From a virus (taxonomy: Duplodnaviria > Caudoviricetes), in IMG/VR virus record IMGVR_UViG_3300022934_000174, positions 1-24,430 of that record: a stretch of 24,430 bases of DNA, one strand, 5' to 3'. Positions 1 through 9,566 of the stretch are shown piece after piece; positions within the stretch are counted from its first letter, which is position 1, and every line of letters starts with the position of its first letter. The notes below the pieces were generated by a model. It searched no databases. It saw only the letters and a program-made list of their open reading frames with translations, and was not told the origin of the DNA. Made by a program: the position numbers and the translations under genes.

Positions 1-1
1 C

Positions 2-3000
2 GAATTCTGCGAGCAATCGTATGAAACTCTAAGCCAAACCGCGCTAGAGGCTTTCTACGGCTACGACGGGCGTCCAATTGAAAAAAACAGGGCAGTCGTC
101 GGCCAAATCATGCACGTCGCTGCGTACTTGAAAGCGGGTATTCGTACGCAAAACAGTCCACGCACAGGGACTTTTTCTTCTGGGGAAATTCTGCAAGCCA
201 CTCTTGCGGAAATAAAAAACCGAGCTGCGGATCTTGCAGAAATTGGAGAAACAGCCGAATCGGCTTTGTTGGCCGAAGCGATCTCAATGATTGAGAGCGG
301 ACGAATTTCTAACTCAGACATAAATGTGGACGCTGAGTTTCTTGAACCAGGTCAAGTCTTCAAGGTCGATATACCTGACAATTCGGAACTGCTTGATTGG
401 GACAAAACTTTTGACGAGCAGCCTGAGTCGTTAAAAAGTTTGTTGAAAGAAATTTTTGATGCTTCTGGCGCTCTTTCTTTGCCAGATCGTTTGTTTCAAA
501 TGGAGACAGATGATATCGCTCAAATGCTTCAAGCGATTGACCCAGGTGGCGAATACGATCAAGTCGATATTTACGATCAACCGATCTCTGAAGCGCAATG
601 GCGTCAAAACCTGCTTGAATCAGCAGCGTACTTAGACGAAGACGGCAGTCTTACAGAGTACCTAAGCGAAGAACTGCTTTCGTCTGAGCAGACGTTTGGC
701 GGCATGTACAGCCAAATGAGTGCGCGCCTTGGTTCTGACAGAAAAGTATCCGAAGCATTATCAGCGGCAGGCATCAAGGGGCACAAGTACGCAGCAGGCC
801 AGCTTTCGGGCGGCGCGGGAGCCGGCGCAACCAACTACGTCATTTATGACGACGCGGCAATTCAGATTGCAGAGACGTACTACAGCCAATCCCTTGAAAC
901 CAAGCCGGTCACGCGGGGTCAGCTTGTCGTTGACCGACAGATCCAGAAAATGCTGCTTCAGCTCAGCGAGGAAAACGTCAACGAATCTACGCTGACCCAT
1001 GAGCTTTTCCATTTGGCGCTCGAGCTTGTTCTGGACGCATCGGAAAGCCCTGCGGCGGGTCCAGAAATCAGGCAATACCGCAAGCAGATTTTCGAGTTCC
1101 TGGGCGTAGAAACTCGAGATCAGATTGGCCGCGAGCAGCACGAGCGTTGGGCAGAATCTGGCGAGGTCTACATGGCCAGCGGCGAAGCGCCGACTGCTGA
1201 GCTGCGCGGACTGTTCCGTTTCTTCTTCCAACGGTTCAAGCAGGTCTATCGCGCGATCCGCGAACAGCTTCGATTCGCCGATCCCAACAACGATTTTGTT
1301 CCGCTCTTCGACCGTCTGCTTGCGTCTGAAGACGAGATCCGGCGAGAGGCGAACCGAGATCACGTCGTCGTCCCGATGCTTGCGCCTGAGCTGACGCAGC
1401 TACTGAACCGCGGTGAAGAAGAGGAACTGCGTCGCCGGCTGGCGGAGCTCAACCGTTCTGAGCGGGCCAAACTTGAGGCGACCATCGCGCGCGAGGACGA
1501 GCGGATCATCAAGGCCCAGATGGGCGAGCTCAAACAGCAAGTGCGCCAGGAAGTCTACGGTCGCCGTGTACACAAGCTGGCGCTCTGGTTGCGTACGGGC
1601 CGCACCGAGGTGGGCGAGCCCCTGCGGGTATTTGTCGCAGGCTCTCCGGTTGACGATCACAAGATGAACGCAGAATTGCTTGACGAAGCCGCTGGTGATG
1701 TGGCGACTCGTAAAGCCCTGCGGGGAATGTCAAAGCGCGAGGGCGGCTTGTCTCCCGACGCGGTCGCTGCTGCTGCCGGATACTCAACGGCTGAAGAAAT
1801 GCTGGTCGAGCTGCTGGCCATGGAGAATTCGGAGCAGTTGATCTCGAGGATGGTGCAGGAGCGGGCTGCTGCATTGGGCCTTGTCAAAACGCCTGAGCAG
1901 CTCCGAGAGGCCGCCTCTGAGAAAGTGGATGGTCAGGCTAGGGATCGGCTCTACGCGGCGCAGAGGCGCATTGCAAAGCGTCTCAGAGGCCAAATGCCAG
2001 CGCTTGATCGGGTGGAGCGGGCAAGGCTGCGAGGCGAGGCTGCCCCGACAGTCGCGGATGCGCAGCAAAGGCTAGCGGATGCGCAGACTGCGCTTGACCA
2101 GGCTATGGCAGAGAGTGTGGACCCCGCGGGAATCGAAGCTTTGCAGGCCGATGTCGCTGCGGCTCAGGCCGGCATCGACGCTGCTCGCGAAGCTAGAGCA
2201 GACCAGACCCAGGCTCGCAGGGAGGCCAAGCAGGCCCGCTCCAAGATGCCGGTGCAGGCAATTCGCGCGGCTGCTCGAGAGATCATTGGGAAAACCAAAT
2301 TTGGCGATCTCAAGCGCGAGGTCGGTCGCTACAAGAAGCTCAGGTCAAAAGCGTCGATGACGCAAACTGAGGCTGCTTTGAACCGAGATTGGGATGCGCT
2401 TGAAGAAGCGATTGATCAAGAGCAGATGGCCAATGCTTTGGCGGAAGAAGGCGCGAAGAAGCTTGAGGAAGTCCGCAAGTGGAAGCGCTTGATCGAATCA
2501 TTCGACAAGCCCAAGTCGCGCAAGCGAGCTCGACTCTCAAAGCACGCCAATTACGAAGACCAGGACGGCACGACCACAAACGTCATGGACGTGATCGATG
2601 GTTTGCTTGGAATGGTTTCTTTCAAGAATGTGAGCCTTCGCAAGCTTGAGCAGTCTGCAAGCATCGCTCTGTTTGCAAAGAAAGTGGAAGACTCAAACGG
2701 CATCGTTTTGCCGCTGCCTCCTTGGGTAGAGGATCTGATCGACAGGCCGAACTACAAATCGATGAGCGTCAGCGATCTCGAAGATTTGTACATCGGCGTC
2801 AAAGCGCTTGAAAAGTTCGGCATGGACATCGTCAAGGAAAAAGAAGGCGCTGAAGCTGCAGAATACCAAGCCGAGATCGACGAAATGCGGGCGTCGCTTG
2901 ACGAGCAAAAGCCTGTGTTTTGGGCAGGCAAAACAAAGCTTGGCGAATCGCAACGGTCCAAAACAGCCAAATTTTTTGGAAGCGCGATCGGCTCGCAAAT

Positions 3001-4969
3001 GTCCTTCGAGTCAATCGCCGACATTCTTGATGACCTGAACCCCGAAGGCGCTTTCAATCGGTTTTTCGTGCAGCGATTTAAAGCGGCTGCTTTTGAAGAG
3101 CAGCGTCTAAGAAAAATGGTCAGCGAGCGGATCAACAAGGTTTGGCAAAAATACACGCCTGCTGAGCAGCGCAATTTCTACAGCAAGCCAATTCCGATCA
3201 GTACGCTGGGCGAATCACTTACCAAGAATGAAATCTTGGCAATCGCGGCGAACATGGGCAATCCGCACAATCGAGCGGCCCTCCAAGACGCGCGAGCCTA
3301 CGGGCTCAGCGACGCCCAGCTTGAAGAGATCCTGTCGCACGTAACGGACAAAGATGCTGACTATCTCGAGGCAGTAATCGCGGCGGTTGATTTGCTTTGG
3401 GAGCCGGCGGCAGCGGCAGAGCGCGAGGCCAACGGCGTGACTCCCCCGAAGGTTGAGGCTGTGCCGTGGCAGTTGCCGTCGGGTCGCATCATGAAGGGCG
3501 GATATTGGCCTTTGATGTTTGACCCAGCTCTGGCAGAAAGATCGGCAGAATTCCAAGCTCAGGAAATTGGAAAGGGATTGATGCCTGCCGGCGGCGGCGC
3601 GGCCATGACCAAAGTCGGCGCGATGAAGGCCAGAAAGAAAACGTCTGGCAAGCTGACTGTCCGCACCGATTTCCACGCAGTCCTGCAGAAGCACGTCAAC
3701 GCAATGTCAAAAGACATCGCGTGGCGAAACACGATTGTTAAAGCAGACAAGCAATTGCGCAAACTCGCGCCCGAGCTCAAACGAGTTTTGGGAGAGCAGT
3801 TCTACAGACACATGCGCGATTACCTCAAGCGCCAAGGAACGCCGCTGCGAAACGGTGACCAGGGCGTGCCCGATTACATTCTCAAAGTGGCACGTCGAGC
3901 TCGCCACGGCCTTGGCTTGACGGTAATGGCGTATCGCTTTACCCAGGCTGCGATTCAATTTTCTGGCTTCGCAACTGCTGTGCCGCGCGTAGGCGTATCA
4001 AATATGCTCTGGGCTTTGGGTGACGTAGGAGCGACTGTTTGGAATTGGGATCGCATCAAAGCCTACAGAGAATTGATTCCTGAGCTTGCGAACCGGGCCG
4101 AGACGTTTGACCGAGACGCGCAGCAAGACATGCTGCGATTGCATCCAATCGACGTGCGGCGTCCGATTGATTCCATTGAAACTATTCAAGCATTCAGCGC
4201 GCACGTCGGTTATTCGCTGATGGGAATGATCGACACGTTCTCTTCGACCGTGGTTGCTTCTGCCGCCATGCATCAAGCAATGTCTGGTCAGGTAGATGGC
4301 ATTTCTGCAAACGATTTGGAAGCCGCAGTCAGATACGCAGGCAAGATTATTGATCGAACTCAGGGATCTGGCGGATCAGTAAATGCGCCCGCAATGTTGG
4401 ACGGCGGCGAGATGATGAAACTGCTTACGCCGATGATGACCTACGTGAACGCGCAGACGCAGCAAGCGTTTGTGTACGCAGCGCTGGGCAAGCGCCAGTT
4501 TGGTGATTCGACAGCTCCGTACAGCATTGTGCCTGGCGTGCCTCGAGATGCTGCTCGATTGGCAACCTTTTGGCTTTGGGCATATGTGATCGAAACCGTG
4601 CTGTCTGAAGGTTTGCGATACATCTTGAACGGAGCAATGGGTCCAGACGAGCCCGACGAAGAAACGTTTTTCGATGTCTTGGCGGCGCGTGCCACAATGG
4701 GTCCGCTTGCAGGAATGCCGATCGTGCGAGAAATCGACACTATGGCTCGAGGTTGGAAGCCGTCTACGCCGCTGTCTAGCTTGATGCAAACATCCTACAA
4801 CGCATTGTTCAAGCCGATCATGGACGTGAGCGCCGGCAAAGATTACGACGGCGAAAAGCACGTTCGCGCAATTGCTACTGCGCTCAGCACATTTACCGGC
4901 CTCCCCGGCAAACAATTGCTTGACGGCGTTGAGGTTTTGACTCAAGAGTCGTTTGGCAGAGGCAGGTAG
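2..4969 (+). CDS. Giant internal virion/ejection protein of polyvalent-protein type, 5'-truncated
   Basis: Frame is open from base 2 (EFCEQSYETL...), so the true start is upstream of the window. Contains HExxH (HELFH, 998-1012) followed by HERWAESGEVYMASGEAPTAEL, as in podovirus large ejection proteins. Also has GQVFKVDIPD..LLDWDK and GIKGHKY...NYVIYDD segments resembling polyvalent-protein domains, and a long helical body. Lies at the end of the virion module. Confidence 0.75.
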   Translation, partial: EFCEQSYETLSQTALEAFYGYDGRPIEKNRAVVGQIMHVAAYLKAGIRTQNSPRTGTFSSGEILQATLAEIKNRAADLAEIGETAESALLAEAISMIESGRISNSDINVDAEFLEPGQVFKVDIPDNSELLDWDKTFDEQPESLKSLLKEIFDASGALSLPDRLFQMETDDIAQMLQAIDPGGEYDQVDIYDQPISEAQWRQNLLESAAYLDEDGSLTEYLSEELLSSEQTFGGMYSQMSARLGSDRKVSEALSAAGIKGHKYAAGQLSGGAGAGATNYVIYDDAAIQIAETYYSQSLETKPVTRGQLVVDRQIQKMLLQLSEENVNESTLTHELFHLALELVLDASESPAAGPEIRQYRKQIFEFLGVETRDQIGREQHERWAESGEVYMASGEAPTAELRGLFRFFFQRFKQVYRAIREQLRFADPNNDFVPLFDRLLASEDEIRREANRDHVVVPMLAPELTQLLNRGEEEELRRRLAELNRSERAKLEATIAREDERIIKAQMGELKQQVRQEVYGRRVHKLALWLRTGRTEVGEPLRVFVAGSPVDDHKMNAELLDEAAGDVATRKALRGMSKREGGLSPDAVAAAAGYSTAEEMLVELLAMENSEQLISRMVQERAAALGLVKTPEQLREAASEKVDGQARDRLYAAQRRIAKRLRGQMPALDRVERARLRGEAAPTVADAQQRLADAQTALDQAMAESVDPAGIEALQADVAAAQAGIDAAREARADQTQARREAKQARSKMPVQAIRAAAREIIGKTKFGDLKREVGRYKKLRSKASMTQTEAALNRDWDALEEAIDQEQMANALAEEGAKKLEEVRKWKRLIESFDKPKSRKRARLSKHANYEDQDGTTTNVMDVIDGLLGMVSFKNVSLRKLEQSASIALFAKKVEDSNGIVLPLPPWVEDLIDRPNYKSMSVSDLEDLYIGVKALEKFGMDIVKEKEGAEAAEYQAEIDEMRASLDEQKPVFWAGKTKLGESQRSKTAKFFGSAIGSQMSFESIADILDDLNPEGAFNRFFVQRFKAAAFEEQRLRKMVSERINKVWQKYTPAEQRNFYSKPIPISTLGESLTKNEILAIAANMGNPHNRAALQDARAYGLSDAQLEEILSHVTDKDADYLEAVIAAVDLLWEPAAAAEREANGVTPPKVEAVPWQLPSGRIMKGGYWPLMFDPALAERSAEFQAQEIGKGLMPAGGGAAMTKVGAMKARKKTSGKLTVRTDFHAVLQKHVNAMSKDIAWRNTIVKADKQLRKLAPELKRVLGEQFYRHMRDYLKRQGTPLRNGDQGVPDYILKVARRARHGLGLTVMAYRFTQAAIQFSGFATAVPRVGVSNMLWALGDVGATVWNWDRIKAYRELIPELANRAETFDRDAQQDMLRLHPIDVRRPIDSIETIQAFSAHVGYSLMGMIDTFSSTVVASAAMHQAMSGQVDGISANDLEAAVRYAGKIIDRTQGSGGSVNAPAMLDGGEMMKLLTPMMTYVNAQTQQAFVYAALGKRQFGDSTAPYSIVPGVPRDAARLATFWLWAYVIETVLSEGLRYILNGAMGPDEPDEETFFDVLAARATMGPLAGMPIVREIDTMARGWKPSTPLSSLMQTSYNALFKPIMDVSAGKDYDGEKHVRAIATALSTFTGLPGKQLLDGVEVLTQESFGRGR

Positions 4970-4986
4970 ATTGCCTGCTGCTTTTT
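4956..4986 (+). terminator. Possible intrinsic terminator overlapping the stop codon of the giant ORF
   Basis: GCAG-AGGCAG(GTAGA)TTGCCT-G-CTGC hairpin with one bulge, followed by TTTTT. Confidence 0.35.
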
Positions 4987-5007
4987 ACGGTTAAATTGGA
5001 GAAAGAA

Positions 5008-7008
5008 ATGAGAGCTTTTGCGTCGTTGGTGATTGCGCTTGTTCTGGCAGCGAGCGCATCGTGGTCAGCCGAGCTGCCTGGGTACGGGGGTGGAACGCCT
5101 GGCGGCTCCGCTCGAGTCCACCCTGTGCAGTTCACTTCCAAAACTCCCGCTGGGATCTATTCGATTGGGCTGGCTTTTCCGCTCGCAGTCATGGATTTCG
5201 ATCTGGGATCTGCGTTTTCTGGCGTTCTGTACGCATGCACGGATAGCAACGTAGACAGGGACAACGACGGCGTCATCGACGCGACGGCTTCGTGCGACTC
5301 GCTGTCTACGCTTTCTGCGGACACGTCGTTGAGCGCGATGCGCGCGTACAAGCTGTGGTACGTGATTGACATCAATACCGCTGAATCTGCCGGCAACGTG
5401 TCTACGCTTACAATCAAAGGCAGCTTTGATTCGGTGAGCTCTGGTGGTTCTGGTGGTTCTGTTGAATTTGATCAGCCTAATCCTACTCCCGAGTCAGGAC
5501 AGCAGCTAGATGGCGTTACGATGAACCTGTGGAATCCCGCGACCGTCAGCGCAGGCTACGGAGTGGCTTACGGATCCAACAATCCTATCCCTGACGACCC
5601 TAGCGGGGGCACATTCGCAGCTTCCCCGGCAGGCGAGCCGGACAATATGATCGGCCAGTTTTACAACAAAACAGGCGTAAACGGATTGCCTCAAAATCCA
5701 TACGAACATGCAATGGACGACTCGTATGAGACTGCATTTAGAGCTACTGCGACTGCAAATGAAACCTGGCTCGAAAATAATATTGATCTGTTTGCGCCGG
5801 CCAATCAAGTCGTAGTCTCTGCTGGCACATTCAATCCTGCTGTTGGGTCTACGGTCACATTTAATTTCAACAATTCTGAGACTACTGAAAATGTAGACTC
5901 CAGCGAGTCTTGGGGATATGTGACTGCTTGGGATTCTGGGACAAGGACGTTGACTTGGATACAAGATTATGGAGATCTGACGAATGCGCCTAACCCAGTT
6001 ACTGTGACAGACGCATCATCGAATACGGCTACTTTTGATGAGTCTACCGTTGTTCATAAAAACAATGGTCTAGTTTCAACTGATCCGCTCAACGGGCAAT
6101 GGCGTTACAGGCAAATGGAGTGGAAAACAAAAATAAATAGAGTCAGCAATTTCTGGATTACCAATCCATTAGCTCAAGATTCCATTTTGAGAATGGGATA
6201 TTACGATGAACCCGTCTCTGCTAGTGCTGCTGAGAATGGCATGGCTCATCAAAATGCAGCTATTGAGTACAACGGGAACCCCGGTTCTTCATTGAATATC
6301 GGGATCAACAGAAATAACGTATATGCGCTGAACGTAAGAAGCCAAACTCTAGGTAGGGTTATTAGCTCTGCGCTTCCAACTGGCAAGTTTGACCCGACTG
6401 GGTCTAATCAATGGGAGCAAAGAGGACTCGTAGTAGGCCATGACTTTGGCGAGCCTATTCATTATGGAGGCACAACGGCCATTCAAATTGCACAGCCGAC
6501 AGCATCTTCTGCGACAGCAAAGCACAATAGCTTGAGATACGGTTTGCACATTCAGAACCAGCAAGGGTACGGGACAGGCGGTGCTGTCATCCAAATAGAC
6601 GCCCAAAACTGCTCTGGAGGCGGTTTGAATATTTTTGGCGCGGCCGGTCAATGCAGATTTGGTCAGGGAACCTACGGAAATCTCGTAGTAGGAGGAGGCG
6701 ATTGGAACTCTGGACACATTGCATTTACAAACACCAATGCCAGCGGCGATCACTTGTACAGGGATCAGACAGATGAGGTTTTGAGAATCACAACGGATGC
6801 GTACCCAAGACACGCTGCTGAGGCTGCTGGATCGACTCTCGTCATAGGCGACCAGATTCTGACCGGAGCATTGACGACCTCTGACCCTTGCACCAGCAAG
6901 CCTGAAGCATACGTCTTCTACAATGACACGAGCGATTACTATTGCTTTTGTAACGGAGCCGGTGCCGACGTTCAGATGCACAGCCCTGCAACAGCTTGTT
7001 TCCCATAA
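5008..7008 (+). CDS. Tail fibre/spike-like or adhesin-like protein with an apparent N-terminal signal peptide
   Basis: GGAGA SD before ATG 5008. N-terminus is MRAFASLVIALVLAASASWSA. Body is G/S/T/N-rich and beta-type with a GGSGGS linker. C-terminal GGDWNSGH..HLYRD..LR and Cys-containing YVFYNDTSDYYCFCNG segments resemble fibre/spike C-termini. Lies between the virion and lysis genes. Confidence 0.6.
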   Translation: MRAFASLVIALVLAASASWSAELPGYGGGTPGGSARVHPVQFTSKTPAGIYSIGLAFPLAVMDFDLGSAFSGVLYACTDSNVDRDNDGVIDATASCDSLSTLSADTSLSAMRAYKLWYVIDINTAESAGNVSTLTIKGSFDSVSSGGSGGSVEFDQPNPTPESGQQLDGVTMNLWNPATVSAGYGVAYGSNNPIPDDPSGGTFAASPAGEPDNMIGQFYNKTGVNGLPQNPYEHAMDDSYETAFRATATANETWLENNIDLFAPANQVVVSAGTFNPAVGSTVTFNFNNSETTENVDSSESWGYVTAWDSGTRTLTWIQDYGDLTNAPNPVTVTDASSNTATFDESTVVHKNNGLVSTDPLNGQWRYRQMEWKTKINRVSNFWITNPLAQDSILRMGYYDEPVSASAAENGMAHQNAAIEYNGNPGSSLNIGINRNNVYALNVRSQTLGRVISSALPTGKFDPTGSNQWEQRGLVVGHDFGEPIHYGGTTAIQIAQPTASSATAKHNSLRYGLHIQNQQGYGTGGAVIQIDAQNCSGGGLNIFGAAGQCRFGQGTYGNLVVGGGDWNSGHIAFTNTNASGDHLYRDQTDEVLRITTDAYPRHAAEAAGSTLVIGDQILTGALTTSDPCTSKPEAYVFYNDTSDYYCFCNGAGADVQMHSPATACFP

Positions 7009-7259
7009 TGGAGGGCAACGGCCACCAGCGCGAGCTTGGGATGTTCTTCCAGCAAGTGGAAGAATTGCGTCATGATTACAGAAACTTGAAGACTGTGATT
7101 GACATGATGGACGCAAATCAGCGCCGTCTTGAGCGGGAATTGATGGAGTTGTGCGCTGAGCTGAAGACATTCCAAGCAAAGACGGCCACGCTTTGCGCAG
7201 TTTCGGTTGCAGTTGTAACAGGAGCGGCGTGGGGAATTGAGCTGTGGACAAAACTCTGA
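7008..7259 (+). CDS. Coiled-coil protein with C-terminal TM helix (XhlA/holin-associated type)
   Basis: TAATG coupling to the upstream stop, heptad-like middle, hydrophobic C-terminus (LCAVSVAVVTGAAWGI), directly before the endolysin. Confidence 0.6.
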   Translation: MEGNGHQRELGMFFQQVEELRHDYRNLKTVIDMMDANQRRLERELMELCAELKTFQAKTATLCAVSVAVVTGAAWGIELWTKL

Positions 7260-7690
7260 TGCGGTTATTGCAGAAGCGGATTGAATTCTCTGCTGATTTG
7301 GCGCTCCTGCTTTCGTTCGCAAGCTCTCGAGGTTTGGAATTTGTTGTCGATCAATGCAGGCGGACAAGCCGAGAAGCTTTGTGGAATTCGCAGCATTGCA
7401 GGGTCGTCAATGCGGCAGGCGCGCGTTGCGAGTTAGACGAACGCGAGCATGATTCAAATTTGATTGAGCACAGATTTCGCCCTATAGGCATACGCAATAG
7501 CTTGCACGTATCTGGCTTGGCCGCAGATGTGTATGTGATCCGCGAGGGTCGCATTGCAGACGAGAAGAGATTTTACGCTCCGCTTGGGGGTTTCTGGACA
7601 AACCTCAGACCCGGCAATTGTTGGGGCGGTGATTTTGTAGGGTTCCAAGATCTGGGACATTTCAGCCGCGAGCACGACGGCAGAAAGTGA
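7259..7690 (+). CDS. Endolysin, peptidase M15 family (L-Ala-D-Glu peptidase-like)
   Basis: TGATG coupling. Motifs RT, NSLH..GLAAD and WGGDF...D.GHFS give the His/Asp/His Zn ligands typical of M15 endolysins. Confidence 0.85.
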   Translation: MRLLQKRIEFSADLALLLSFASSRGLEFVVDQCRRTSREALWNSQHCRVVNAAGARCELDEREHDSNLIEHRFRPIGIRNSLHVSGLAADVYVIREGRIADEKRFYAPLGGFWTNLRPGNCWGGDFVGFQDLGHFSREHDGRK

Positions 7691-7697
7691 GGACAGG

Positions 7698-7880
7698 ATG
7701 AAGGGTTGGAAGACTGCTGCGGTTGCAGCTCTGATCACGGTTGCCGGCGCGGCGCAGACGTTTTTCAGTTCTGTGACGTTTGCTGACGAGCAGACCGGCG
7801 GATACGTGATGATGGCGATCGGCATGATCATGGCAGGTCTGCGCGCCATCACGAGCTCGCCGATTTTCCACGACGAATGA
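7698..7880 (+). CDS. Holin-like protein with two TM segments
   Basis: 60 aa, two hydrophobic segments, LRAITSSPI C-terminus, GAGGA SD, between the endolysin and spanins. Confidence 0.7.
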   Translation: MKGWKTAAVAALITVAGAAQTFFSSVTFADEQTGGYVMMAIGMIMAGLRAITSSPIFHDE

Positions 7881-8119
7881 ATGCTGCTGCCTGGTCGTCA
7901 ATTGGTGTTTCGCTGGTGGCTATTGTTCTCGCGCTGGTTTTCAACTGGCAGAGATCGTCGCTGGCAAAACGGGTGGGTCAGCTTGAGTCGGAGGCTGAGA
8001 CGTTGCGGCGCGCTCTGCGGTGGTTTGAGCGGCAGTCGATGCTGGCGTCTCGGCCTCCTCTTACTGGCCCTGAGTCTGTCGATCGGCTCAATCGGTTGCC
8101 AAACCGCAACAAGACATGA
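7877..8119 (+). CDS. Inner-membrane spanin (Rz-like)
   Basis: N-terminal TM helix (IGVSLVAIVLALVFNW) followed by a coiled coil; ATGA coupling to the holin. Confidence 0.7.
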   Translation: MNAAAWSSIGVSLVAIVLALVFNWQRSSLAKRVGQLESEAETLRRALRWFERQSMLASRPPLTGPESVDRLNRLPNRNKT

Positions 8120-8252
8120 TCTTGTCTACTGCCCGCAGCCTACGTTTGAGGAAACTCGAGACTACGCATCGATCGTAGCCTCAGATCCTGATCGGCCAGC
8201 AGTTCGTTGGGTTGCTCGCATGGTCGGTTATTGCTGGCCTGATCCGGTGTAG
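8025..8252 (+). CDS. Outer-membrane spanin lipoprotein (Rz1-like), overlapping the i-spanin; start uncertain
   Basis: Alternative frame encodes RLGLLLLALSLSIGSIG-C (lipobox Cys at 8097) and a short Pro/Cys-containing mature peptide. TTG 8025 is the nearest in-frame start. Confidence 0.65.
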   Translation: MSGSRCWRLGLLLLALSLSIGSIGCQTATRHDLVYCPQPTFEETRDYASIVASDPDRPAVRWVARMVGYCWPDPV

Positions 8253-8257
8253 TCCTG

Positions 8258-8524
8258 ATGGCAAACAAAAACCTGCCTGATATTCAGCAATACGTAAACC
8301 ACGAAAAGAGCCTGTCGCGAGCGCGCGATTGGTGGGACAAGTGGGAACCGGAGGATCCTTCATGGAAACCATGGGTGCTCGAGCTGGTGTCAGCTTTTCT
8401 AGACGCTGGTCTGTCTTGGACAAGCGCGTGGCGACGTTGCCAAGACTCGATTCCAGATTTCCCAGCCATCGGCTTGAAGCAATTTTGTGATGGCGTCCGA
8501 AAGCGACAGCAAGCCGACGATTGA
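8258..8524 (+). CDS. Hypothetical protein (88 aa, helical)
   Basis: Fills the gap between the o-spanin and the phosphoesterase in operon orientation; no recognised motif. Confidence 0.6.
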   Translation: MANKNLPDIQQYVNHEKSLSRARDWWDKWEPEDPSWKPWVLELVSAFLDAGLSWTSAWRRCQDSIPDFPAIGLKQFCDGVRKRQQADD

Positions 8525-9566
8525 GAGTTTGGTCGAGTCTGAGCAGATGCCTCGAGTTTCAGCTCGAGATCGACACCGGAACCAAAGAACTATTGCCGAT
8601 CTTCGGATTGAGTTACGCGAGCTCAATCATTGGGTCGATGTGCTCGAGGATGAGGTGGCTACGCTCGAGGCGTTGAAACCAGATCCGCCTAAGCCCAAAG
8701 TGCTGAAGGTTCCCTCTCGTCGGAAAAAGACAGACAAGCGGCCCGCTGCGTTTGTCGCGCTCGCCTCCGACTGGCACACCTGCGAGGTTGTAACTGCGGC
8801 TCAATCTGGCGGGAACGTCCACAACCAGGACGTGGGCGAGGAGCGGGCGTGGAAATGGGCGCGGTCACTCATCTCCCTTGTGAAGCGCGAGCAGGTGGAC
8901 TCCGACATCCAGAGCGTAGTGACGTGGCTTGGCGGCGATTTCCTAGTCAACGACTCGCTCCACTACAAGTCCGAGCGCGCCTGCGAGTTATCACCCCCGG
9001 ATGAGGCTCAGTTCATTCGTGACCTGCTGGCTCAGATCCTGACCTACCTACGCGCCGAGCTCGACGTTCCGCTCGTCGTCCCGACATCCTGGGGAAACCA
9101 CGATCGGTCAACGCCGAAGATGGTGGCCGGCCACGCGGGCGATTACTCGCACATGCAGCCGGTCTACCGCGATCTTGCTTCGTGGTTTGCTGCAGACGAC
9201 TCGATTCAATTTCACGTTGCCCAAGCCGAGTTTCTCCCGCTCGACCTGCACGGCTACAAAATGCTGTTCCATCACGGTCACGCGATCCGCTACGGCGGTG
9301 GGGTCGGGGGCCTCGCGGTCCCGTTCCTGCGCGCCGCAGGCCGCCTTCGTTCTGACTACGATTTCCGCACGCTTTGCATCGGCCACCACCATCAGCGCAA
9401 CGTGTTTCAAGGCGGGCTTGGGATCGCAAACGGCTCGCTGGTCGGGCCGAACGGCTACAGCCGCGATCTCGGTCTGCCCTCAGAGCCTCCTGCTCAGGTG
9501 GCGTTTGCCGTCGATCTTGAGCGTCTCGAGGTTGCCAACGTCTACACCATATGGGGCAATGAGTAA
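8490..9566 (+). CDS. Calcineurin-like metallophosphoesterase with N-terminal coiled coil
   Basis: All five motifs are present: SDWH, GGDFL, GNHDR, HHGH, GHHH, plus NGSLVG. Confidence 0.85.
   Translation: MASESDSKPTIESLVESEQMPRVSARDRHRNQRTIADLRIELRELNHWVDVLEDEVATLEALKPDPPKPKVLKVPSRRKKTDKRPAAFVALASDWHTCEVVTAAQSGGNVHNQDVGEERAWKWARSLISLVKREQVDSDIQSVVTWLGGDFLVNDSLHYKSERACELSPPDEAQFIRDLLAQILTYLRAELDVPLVVPTSWGNHDRSTPKMVAGHAGDYSHMQPVYRDLASWFAADDSIQFHVAQAEFLPLDLHGYKMLFHHGHAIRYGGGVGGLAVPFLRAAGRLRSDYDFRTLCIGHHHQRNVFQGGLGIANGSLVGPNGYSRDLGLPSEPPAQVAFAVDLERLEVANVYTIWGNE

Noticed and set aside
6349-7251. 300-aa antisense ORF (and similar ones at 761-1363, 9013-9789, 18519-19229, 21421-22308)
   Set aside because: Opposite well-supported genes, no motifs or SD; expected in GC-rich coding DNA.
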